Source: Azolla caroliniana (Eukaryota; Plantae; Polypodiophyta). From it: a stretch of 64,000 nt of DNA. The notes under the pieces are model-generated. The model was not told the DNA's origin, did not search any database, and saw only the letters and a list, made by a program, of their open reading frames with translations. The stretch's first letter is position 1. Each line of letters starts with the position of its first letter. Of this stretch, positions 13,578 through 22,000 are shown piece by piece. The DNA lies in the NCBI GenBank assembly GCA_043228905.1, contig JBHGNT010000047.1:124001-188000 (forward strand), read 5' to 3'. The translations under genes were made by a program, and so were the position numbers.

Positions 13578-14270
13578 TGTTGCAAATCAACGATTCGATT
13601 CACCTTCACCACTCGGCCACAACCGAGCAGTCGCGGATAAGTGCAGCAGAAAATAGGAAATACAGAGAAAGACACGATACACAGGGATTAACGTGGAAAA
13701 CCCAAGATGGGAAAAACCACGGGAGTCCTCAAACTCCAACTATCACTATATGCAGAGATGTACAATGGTGAAGCTTCAAGGCAACAACCTTGAGCTCACT
13801 GTCTTCGCCACAGACGGCGGTACTACACAGAGGCAACGACCTCTTAGTCTCTCTCTCTCTCTCTCTCTGTTTCTCACGCGGCTGCTCTAGCTTCGCATGA
13901 AAAATGAGCAACAACATAAAACTGTTTGCCCTAAGTCATATTTATACACATATGACTTTCGGGCTATTTACAAATATAGCCTCAAGGGCCCTTGGCAAAC
14001 ATATTCACAAATATGTCCCCGCATCCGGATCTCTCTCCGGGTACATTCGTCATCCGGCTCCGTAACCGGGGTCTTCGTCATCCGGCTCCGTAACCGGGGT
14101 CTTCATCATCCGGATCCGTATCCGGGTACTTCATCATCCGGATCCGTATCCGGGTACTCTTCATCCGGCTTCATGCCGGGTACTCTTCATCCTCCGGTTC
14201 CGTAACCGCAACCGGGCTTGCCGTCATTCGTCTCCGGACATCCCATCCGGAGGGACCGTAAATCCCAACA
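13578..14270 (-). repeat. 3' LTR (693 bp)
   Basis: Directly follows the PPT on the minus strand; matches 18389-19081 except at 14139. Confidence 0.97.
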
Positions 14271-14282
14271 AACTCCCCCTTC
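14271..14282 (-). other. Polypurine tract
   Basis: Minus strand GAAGGGGGAG-TT immediately before the 3' LTR TGTTG; overlaps the TGA stop codon. Confidence 0.92.
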
Positions 14283-17200
14283 ACTTCGGCATGGGATGTC
14301 TCTCCAATCCGATCCTCTTCCGGCATGCTTCCAGCTTGTTGGGTGTAAGTACCTTGGTCAGCATATCCGACCCGTTCTCGTCCGTGTGGATCTTCGTCAG
14401 CACGAACTCCTTGTCTTCTATCCTTTCCCGGATCCAGTGATATCTTCGCTGGATGTGCTTCGTCCGGGAGTGATAGGCCGCGTTCTTCGCAAGGTGGATG
14501 GCACTCTGACTGTCGCAGTAGAGTCGGTACTCCTCTTGCCGGATACCGAGCTCTCTAATGAAGTCCTTCATCCATATTATTTCCTTGCCGGCTTCAACAG
14601 CCGCCATGTACTCCGCCTCCGTGGTTGACAACGCAACCGTCTTCTGCAGCCTTGACTGCCATGAAACAGCTCCCCCTGCATACGTCATCACATACCCTGA
14701 TGTGGACCGGCTGGTATCTGCATCAGCCGACATATCAGAATCAGTAAAGCCGTCGAGTTCGGGCTTACCGGAGCCGAATCGGAGGCACACGTTTGCCGTG
14801 CCCTTCAGGTATCGGAGTATCCACTTGGCCGCGTTCCAATGCTCTTTGCCGGGTTTGCTCATGTACCGGCTCACCACTCCGACTGCATATCCTATGTCCG
14901 GTCTCGTACACACCATGGCGTACATCAAGCTCCCGACGGCTGAGGCATACGGCACTTTCATCATATCCTCCTTTTCAGCCTTTGTCTTGGGACTTTGCTT
15001 GCTGGACAGCTTGCAGTTTGCCGGGAGGGTTGATCCGACCGGTCTTGCTTCCGACATGTTGAACCGTTGAAGCACCTTTGTCACGTACTTCTCCTGTGAC
15101 AGCCACAACTGCTTCTTCTTTCGGTCCCGGATGATGTGCATCCCTAGTATTTGCCTCGCCGGACCCAGGTCCTTCATTGAGAAGGTTCGGTGAAGCGCTT
15201 TCTTCAGCGCCCGTATCTTGACCTGGTCCCGTCCGACGATCAACATGTCGTCCACGTACAGGAGGAGTATTAGAGAGTCTCCTCCTTCGAACTTCTTCAC
15301 AAACACGCAGTGATCAGACTGCGTTTTGTGGTACCCTTCGTCGGTCATGAAGGAGTCGAACTTCCGGTACCATTGCCGGGGAGCCTGCTTCAGTCCGTAA
15401 AGGCTCTTTTTCAACCGGCATACCAGGTGCTCCTTCCCTTTCTTCTCGAATCCTTCTGGTTGCTGCATGTAGATCTCTTCTTCGAGGTCACCGTGAAGGA
15501 ATGCCGTCTTCACGTCCATCTGTTCTACCTCAAGGTCCATGCTTGCCGCTATGCTCAGCACCGTCCGGATGGAGGTCATCTTCACTACCGGGGCAAATAT
15601 TTCGTCGAAGTCGACGCCCTTCTTCTGCTGAAACCCCTTCACCACGATCCTGGCTTTGTATCTCGGGGGGTTTCCGGCATCTCCCGGTTTCAGCTTGAAC
15701 ACCCACTTGTTTCGAAGTGCCCGCTTTCCTTTCGGCAACTCCACAAGTTCATATGTGTGGTTCTCATGCAGGGAATCCATCTCATCCTGCATGGCACTCA
15801 ACCACCTGCGGCTCTGGGTGTCGTGCTTTGCTTCTTCAAAGCTCTCCGGCTCCCCTTCGTCAGTTAGCAGCACGTGCTCTGGTTCCGGAAATCTCCGGGG
15901 GGCCCTTCTCTCTCTTAGAGGATATCTCCGTTCCGGAGCTTCGGTGACCGGTTCTTCCGATTCTACTTCTCCATCCGAATCCATTTCGGGATCGGGGCCG
16001 GTTCCGGTATCATTTTCATCTTCTTCGGCCGGTTCTGTTTCTTCACCGTCTTCGGCCGGATCCTCGAGTGCTAACCGGTCTCTTGCCGGTCGGGACTGCT
16101 CCTCGTAGAGTTGATCCTCACCGGTCGACTTGGAGCTCTTCATCTTCTTCTCCGACTCCCAGTCGGCGAGTGTCTTGTCCTCCATGAAGATGATATCTCG
16201 ACTCCTGAATATCTTCTTGTCGACCGGGTCCCATACTCGGTAGCCGAACTCGTCGTCGCCGTAACCGAGGAATATGCATGGCCGGGTCTTTGGATCTAGC
16301 TTTCCTCTCCGGTCCTTTGCCACATGCACGTATGCGAGACACCCGAACACTTTCAGATGCCGGTAGAACACTTCCTTACCGGTCCACACTTTCTGCGGCG
16401 TGTCTCCGTCCAAAGGTACTGAGGGTGATCTGTTTATCACGTATGTCGCCGTCGACATTGCCTCAGCCCAAAACCCCTTAGGTAATTTCGCATGCGCCAG
16501 CATACTCCGGACCCTCTCCATTATGGTCCGGTTCATCCTCTCGGCCATCCCGTTCAGTTCCGGCGTCTTCGGCACAGTAAACTCGAGCCGGATTCCCTTC
16601 GAGCGACAGTACTCCTGGAACTGCCCCCGGTATTCCCCTCCGTTATCCGCTCGTATCGCTTTCAGCTTCTTGCCGGATTCTCTTTCCACTCTCGCGTGGA
16701 GTTCTTTGAAGACGGACAATACTTGGTCCTTTGTCTTCAACGGTGCTGTCCACAGCTTCCGGCTGTGATCATCAATGAATGTCACGAAGTACTGGGCTCC
16801 GCCGTGTGACTTCGTTTCTACCTGACACACATCAGTATGCACCAACTCCAATGGTGCGCTACGTCTCGTCGGTGGCCTTGAGTGGAAGGAGGTTCGGTTC
16901 TGCTTACCGGCCAGGCAATCGGTGCACTTCTCCAGGTGCACATGCTTCACTGGGATAAGGTTGTCTTCTGCAAGCCTCTTCATCCCCTTCTCACTCATGT
17001 GACACAGTCTTTTGTGCCACAGCTCACCGGCAGTGTCGGCTGCCACATTCAGCTCTTCCGGACATAACCGGGCATTCATCAGGTACAGTGTGTTGTCTTT
17101 CCGGGCCCGAGCCACTATCAGGCTCCCTTTGCTGAACTTCATGACACCGTTCCGGATGCTACCCGTGTAGCCTTCATCATCTAGCCTCCCGGCCGAGATC

Positions 17201-18372
17201 AGGTTCAATCGGACCTCCGGAACGTGTCGCACATCCTTCAGCAGCAGCTTGCATCCGGTTGATGTCATCAGCCACACGTCTCCTATGCCGGCAATCCGGC
17301 ACGTACCTTCATTTCCCATCCGGACACAGCCATGCTCACCGGCTGTGTAGGATGAGAAGTATTTCTTCTCCGGGGTCAGGTGGAACGACGCTCCGGAATC
17401 GACCACCCAGGTCATCTCTTCACCGGCAAGGTTCAGCTCCCTCTCTTCGGTAATAAGCATTATCTCTTCTTCACTTGCCGCGAGTGCCGTCGTTCCTTTC
17501 CGGTCCTGCCCTCGCCGATCCGGACCTCTCCGGTCCGTGGCTCCCCGGTATGCACCGTTTCTCTCCGGTGACTTCTTCGAATCGGTGTCGTCGGCTCCGT
17601 TGTCTTTTCGGTAATGCCGACAATTCTTCCGGAAGTGCCCCGGCTTCCCACAGTGAAAGCATGTGGGTCTTCCTCTTGACTGCGACCGGGTCCCCGACTT
17701 CTCCCGTCTCTGCGGACTCCGGTTCCATTGTCTTCCCCGTTCCGATTCGGTAAGCAGCGCCTTCGAGTCGGAGGCCGGTTCTTTATCTCTCCGACGCGCT
17801 TCTTCGTTCAAAATACTTGTCTTTACCGTTTGTAGAGACAAGTTATCTTCGGTGCAGGAGGTACTGAGAGTCACCACCAAGTTCTCCCAGCTTTCCGGCA
17901 ATGTACACATCAGAATGATGGCTTGCATTGCATCCTCCAACGGGAACTTGATCGCCGCAAGCTGGTTCACGAATCCCATGAACGTGCTCACGTGTTCCAC
18001 CATATTCTCGCCGTCCCTGTACTTGAGGTTCACTATCTTCCTCATCAGGGAGGTCCGGTTCAACGCATTCTTCCTCTCATAGAGGCCCGACAGCTTCTTC
18101 CACATCTCATAGGCGTTCGTATCGTTCGCCACATGTTGCAGGACACTTACATCGACATATTGCCGGATCGTCGCTACGGCTTTCCGGTTCAGGAGCTTCC
18201 ACTCCGACTCTATTACCCCCTTGGGTATCTCGGCATTGTCGATCGGTTCGTATAGGTCTCGGACGATGAGAAGGTCTTCCATCTTTATCTTCCAGTCGGC
18301 GTAGTTCTGTGAGTTCAACACCATCATGCCCGGAGGCCCACTACCGCCGCCTTCCATTTTCTGTGTTACCAT
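14281..18372 (-). CDS. gag-pol: Gag-Pol polyprotein (1363 aa from first ATG): Gag, CCHC zinc knuckle, aspartic protease, integrase, reverse transcriptase, RNase H
   Basis: CFHCGKPGHFRKNC knuckle (17620-17661); protease DSGAS (17386-17400); WHKRLCH...CTDC zinc finger; integrase HTDVC, FIDDHSR, DNGGEY (16630-16647), NGMAERMNRT; RT QMDVKTAFLHG, SLYGLKQAPRQW, YVDD (15247-15258); RNase H TDSD, STTEAEY, CDSQSA, DMLTK. No stops or frameshifts. ORF-track start at 18486 is a GTG inside the LTR; first ATG is at 18372. Confidence 0.96.
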   Translation of the reverse strand: MVTQKMEGGGSGPPGMMVLNSQNYADWKIKMEDLLIVRDLYEPIDNAEIPKGVIESEWKLLNRKAVATIRQYVDVSVLQHVANDTNAYEMWKKLSGLYERKNALNRTSLMRKIVNLKYRDGENMVEHVSTFMGFVNQLAAIKFPLEDAMQAIILMCTLPESWENLVVTLSTSCTEDNLSLQTVKTSILNEEARRRDKEPASDSKALLTESERGRQWNRSPQRREKSGTRSQSRGRPTCFHCGKPGHFRKNCRHYRKDNGADDTDSKKSPERNGAYRGATDRRGPDRRGQDRKGTTALAASEEEIMLITEERELNLAGEEMTWVVDSGASFHLTPEKKYFSSYTAGEHGCVRMGNEGTCRIAGIGDVWLMTSTGCKLLLKDVRHVPEVRLNLISAGRLDDEGYTGSIRNGVMKFSKGSLIVARARKDNTLYLMNARLCPEELNVAADTAGELWHKRLCHMSEKGMKRLAEDNLIPVKHVHLEKCTDCLAGKQNRTSFHSRPPTRRSAPLELVHTDVCQVETKSHGGAQYFVTFIDDHSRKLWTAPLKTKDQVLSVFKELHARVERESGKKLKAIRADNGGEYRGQFQEYCRSKGIRLEFTVPKTPELNGMAERMNRTIMERVRSMLAHAKLPKGFWAEAMSTATYVINRSPSVPLDGDTPQKVWTGKEVFYRHLKVFGCLAYVHVAKDRRGKLDPKTRPCIFLGYGDDEFGYRVWDPVDKKIFRSRDIIFMEDKTLADWESEKKMKSSKSTGEDQLYEEQSRPARDRLALEDPAEDGEETEPAEEDENDTGTGPDPEMDSDGEVESEEPVTEAPERRYPLRERRAPRRFPEPEHVLLTDEGEPESFEEAKHDTQSRRWLSAMQDEMDSLHENHTYELVELPKGKRALRNKWVFKLKPGDAGNPPRYKARIVVKGFQQKKGVDFDEIFAPVVKMTSIRTVLSIAASMDLEVEQMDVKTAFLHGDLEEEIYMQQPEGFEKKGKEHLVCRLKKSLYGLKQAPRQWYRKFDSFMTDEGYHKTQSDHCVFVKKFEGGDSLILLLYVDDMLIVGRDQVKIRALKKALHRTFSMKDLGPARQILGMHIIRDRKKKQLWLSQEKYVTKVLQRFNMSEARPVGSTLPANCKLSSKQSPKTKAEKEDMMKVPYASAVGSLMYAMVCTRPDIGYAVGVVSRYMSKPGKEHWNAAKWILRYLKGTANVCLRFGSGKPELDGFTDSDMSADADTSRSTSGYVMTYAGGAVSWQSRLQKTVALSTTEAEYMAAVEAGKEIIWMKDFIRELGIRQEEYRLYCDSQSAIHLAKNAAYHSRTKHIQRRYHWIRERIEDKEFVLTKIHTDENGSDMLTKVLTPNKLEACRKRIGLERHPMPK

Positions 18373-18373
18373 C

Positions 18374-18385
18374 GCTCTGATACCA
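18374..18385 (-). other. Primer-binding site complementary to the 3' end of initiator tRNA-Met
   Basis: Minus strand TGGTATCAGAGC, 3 nt inside the 5' LTR; the canonical plant tRNA-iMet PBS. Confidence 0.95.
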
Positions 18386-18658
18386 CTTTGTTGCAAATCA
18401 ACGATTCGATTCACCTTCACCACTCGGCCACAACCGAGCAGTCGCGGATAAGTGCAGCAGAAAATAGGAAATACAGAGAAAGACACGATACACAGGGATT
18501 AACGTGGAAAACCCAAGATGGGAAAAACCACGGGAGTCCTCAAACTCCAACTATCACTATATGCAGAGATGTACAATGGTGAAGCTTCAAGGCAACAACC
18601 TTGAGCTCACTGTCTTCGCCACAGACGGCGGTACTACACAGAGGCAACGACCTCTTAG

Positions 18659-18679
18659 TCTCTCTCTCTCTCTCTCTCT
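18659..18679. repeat. (TC)10 / (GA)n microsatellite in LTR (copy at 13848-13868)
   Basis: Read directly; same length in both LTRs. Confidence 0.9.
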
Positions 18680-18750
18680 GTTTCTCACGCGGCTGCTCTA
18701 GCTTCGCATGAAAAATGAGCAACAACATAAAACTGTTTGCCCTAAGTCAT

Positions 18751-18757
18751 ATTTATA
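18751..18757 (-). promoter_or_regulatory. Probable TATA box of the 5' LTR promoter (TATAAAT)
   Basis: Minus-strand GTATAAATATG about 325 bp into the LTR, downstream of the U3 repeats; copy at 13940-13946 in the 3' LTR. Confidence 0.65.
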
Positions 18758-18832
18758 CACATATGACTTTCGGGCTATTTACAAATATAGCCTCAAGGGC
18801 CCTTGGCAAACATATTCACAAATATGTCCCCG

Positions 18833-19027
18833 CATCCGGATCTCTCTCCGGGTACATTCGTCATCCGGCTCCGTAACCGGGGTCTTCGTCATCCGGCTCC
18901 GTAACCGGGGTCTTCATCATCCGGATCCGTATCCGGGTACTTCATCATCAGGATCCGTATCCGGGTACTCTTCATCCGGCTTCATGCCGGGTACTCTTCA
19001 TCCTCCGGTTCCGTAACCGCAACCGGG
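18833..19027 (-). promoter_or_regulatory. U3 tandem array of about 7 degenerate 26-28-bp CCGG-bracketed units (putative enhancer)
   Basis: Plus strand TTCGTCATCCGGCTCCGTAACCGGGGTC x2 (18857, 18885), TTCATCATC(C/A)GGATCCGTATCCGGGTAC x2 (18913, 18941) plus degenerate flanking units; copy at 14022-14216. Enhancer role is inferred from position. Confidence 0.75.
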
Positions 19028-19081
19028 CTTGCCGTCATTCGTCTCCGGACATCCCATCCGGAGGGACCGTAAATCCCAACA

Positions 19082-19086
19082 GGAGT
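19082..19086 (+). other. Target-site duplication GGAGT, right copy
   Basis: CAACA-GGAGT-AAATTAAAATG. Confidence 0.95.
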
Positions 19087-22000
19087 AAATTAAAATGTTC
19101 ATACCTCGCTCGTGTGATATCGGATTTCTGTGTTCAAACATGGGAATCGGAGCTAACAACGCTAGCTATGATATGGAATTAAAAAATCAAGATTTTGAAA
19201 CACAGATCGAGAGACATGACGAAATTAGCATATTTGAGGAGGGAGTTGAGTAGAGCCTTTCAGCAAATTAAAATGTTTATACCTCGCTCGTGTGATATCG
19301 GATTTCTGTGTCCAAACATGGGAATCGGAGCTAACAACGCTAGCTATGATATGGAATTAAAAAATCAACATTTTGAAACTCAGGTCGAGAGACATGACGA
19401 AATTAGCACATTTGAGGAGGGAGTTGAGTAGAGCGATTGAGTAAATTAAATTGTTTATATCTCGGTTGTGTGATATCGGATTTCTCTGTTCAAACATGCG
19501 AATCGAAGCTAACAACCCTAGCTATGATATGGAATTAAGAAATCAACATTTTGAAACTCAGGTCGAGAGACATGACGAAATTAGCACATTTGAGGAGGGA
19601 GTTGAGTAGGGCGAATGAGTAAATTAAATTGTTCATACCTCGCTCGTGTGATATCCGATTTTTGTGTTCAAACATGTGAATCGAAGCTAACAACGCTAGC
19701 TATGATATGGAATTAAAAAATCAAGATTTTGAAAGTTAGGTCGAGAGACATGAAGAAATTACCAAATTTGAGGAGGGAGTTGAGTTGGCCAAAGGAGTAA
19801 ATTAAAATGTTCATACCTCGCTCGTGTGATATCGGATTTCTCAGTTCAAACATGCGAATCGAAGCTAACAACGCTAGGTATGATATGAAATTAAAATATC
19901 AAGATTTTGAAACTCAGCTCGAGAGACATGAAGAAATTACCAAATTTGAGGAGGGAGTTGAGAAGAGCCCTTGAGCAAATTAAAATGTTCATACCTCGCT
20001 CGTGTGATATCGGATTTCTGTGTTCAAACATGGGAATCGGAGCTAACAACGCTAGCTATGATATGGAATTAAAAAATCAAGATTTTGAAACTCAGGTCGA
20101 GAGACATGAAGAAATTACAAAATTTGAGGAGGGAGTTGAGTAGAGCCCTTGAGTAAATTAAATTGTTCATACCTCGCTCGTGTGATATCGGATTTTTGTG
20201 TGCAAACATGGGCATCGAAGCTAACAACGCTAGCTATGATATGGAATTACAAAATCAAGATTTTGAAACTCAGGTCGAGAGACATGAGGAAATTACCAAA
20301 GTTGAGGAGGGAGTTCAGGAGGGCGAATGAGTAAATTAAATTGTTTATACCTCGCTTGTGTGATATCGGATTTCTCTGTTCAAACATGCGAATCGAAGCT
20401 AACAACCCTAGCTATGATATGGAATTAAAAAATCAACATTTTGAAACTCAGGTCGAGAGACATGACGAAATTAGCACATTTGAGGAGGGAGTTGAGTAGG
20501 GCGAATGAGTAAATTAAATTGTTCATACCTCGCTCGTGTGATATCCGATTTTTGTGTTCAAACATGGGAATCGAAGCTAACAACGCTAGCTATGATATGT
20601 AATTAAAAAATCAAGATTTTGAAACTCAGGTCGAGAGACATGAAGAAATTACCAAATTTGAGGAGGGAGTTGAGTAGGGCGAAGGAGTAAATTAAAATGT
20701 TCATACCTCGCTCGTGTGATATCGAATTTCTCAGTTCAAACATGCGAATCGAAGCTAACAACGCTAGGTATGATATGAAATTAAAATATCAAGATTTTGA
20801 AACTCAGGTCGAGAGACATGAAGAAATTACCAAATTTGAGGAGGGAGTTGAGAAGAGCCCTTGAGCAAATTAAAATGTTCATACCTCGCTCGTGTGATAT
20901 CGGATTTCTGTGTTCAAACATGGGAATCGGAGCTAACAACGCTAGCTATGATATGGAATTAAAAAATCAAGATTTTGAAACTCAGGTCGAGAGACATGAA
21001 GAAATTACAAAATTTGAGGAGGGAGTTGAGTAGAGCCCTTGAGTAAATTAAATTGTTCATACCTCGCTCGTGTGATATCGGATTTTTGTGTTCAAACATG
21101 GGAATCGAAGCTAACAACGCTAGCTATGATATGGTATTAAAAAATCAAGATTTTGAAACTCAGGTCGAGAGACATAAAAAAATTACCAAATTTGAGGAGG
21201 GAGTTGAGTAGGGCGATTGAGTAAATTAAATTGTTCATTCCTCGCTGGTGTGATATCGGATTTGTGTGTTCAAACATGCGAATCGAAGCTAACAATGCTA
21301 TGATATGGAATTAAAAAATCAAGATTTTGAAACTTAGATCGAGAGACATGACGAAATTACCAAATTTGAGGACGGAGTCGAGTAGGGCGATTGAGTAAAT
21401 TAAATTGTTCATACCTCGCTCCTGTGATATCGGATTAGTGTGTTCAAACATGCGAATCGAAGCTAACAACGCTACCTATGATATGGAATTAAAAAATCAA
21501 GATTTTGAAACTTAGGTCGAGAGACATGACCGAATTACCAAATTTGAGGAGGGAGTTGAGTAGGGCGAATGACTAAATTAAAATGTTCATACTTCGCTCG
21601 TGTGATATCGGATTTCTTTGTTCAAACATGCGAATCCAAGCTAACAACGCTAGGTATGATATGGAATTAAAAAATCAAGATTTTGAAACTTAGGTCGAGA
21701 GACATGAACAAATTACCAAATTTGAGGAGGGAGTTGAGTAGGGCGAAGGAGTAAATTAAAATGTTCATACCTTGCTCGTGTGATATCGAATTTCTGTGTT
21801 CAAACATGGGAATCGGAGCTAACAACGCTAGGTATGATATGGAATTAAAAAATCAAGATTTTGAAACACAGATCGAGAGACATGACGAAATTAGCATATT
21901 TGAGGAGGGAGTTGAGTAGAGCCTTTCAGCAAATTAAAATGTTTATACCTCGCTCGTGTGATATCGGATTTCTGTGTCCAAACATGGGAATCGGAGCTAA

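Larger units (their letters stand above)
13578..19081 (-). mobile_element. Full-length intact Ty1/copia LTR retrotransposon, Tto1/Tnt1-like (Tork lineage), 5504 bp
   Basis: Two 693-bp direct repeats with TGTTG...CAACA termini at offset 4811; 5-bp TSD GGAGT; PBS; PPT; single Gag-PR-IN-RT-RNaseH ORF (integrase before RT = copia order). Lineage call from remembered similarity of Gag (LNSQNYADWKIKMEDLL, LPESWENL, ILNEEARRR) to Tto1-type elements, not from an alignment. Confidence 0.97.
18389..19081 (-). repeat. 5' LTR (693 bp)
   Basis: Minus strand reads TGTTGGGATT...TTGCAACA and is followed by AAG and the PBS; matches 13578-14270 except at 18950. Confidence 0.97.

Noticed and set aside
13508-14205. 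Short ORFs in the LTRs and the satellite-LTR fusion ORF (also 18388-19016)
   Set aside because: Low-complexity products of the TC repeat and U3 tandem units; duplicated only because the LTRs are duplicated.
14218-18255. Plus-strand ORFs antisense to gag-pol (e.g. 14558-15070, 15310-15867)
   Set aside because: Expected shadow ORFs of a GC-rich coding strand with no recognisable motifs; no support for an antisense gene.
18373-18486. 38-aa N-terminal extension of Gag-Pol in the ORF track
   Set aside because: Begins at a GTG within U5 and runs through the PBS; no ATG until 18372 and Gag similarity starts after that.
13578-19081. CRM/chromovirus, ATHILA or env-bearing Sirevirus identity
   Set aside because: Integrase precedes RT (copia order), there is no chromodomain or CR motif evident, and there is no room for an extra ORF between pol and the 3' LTR.
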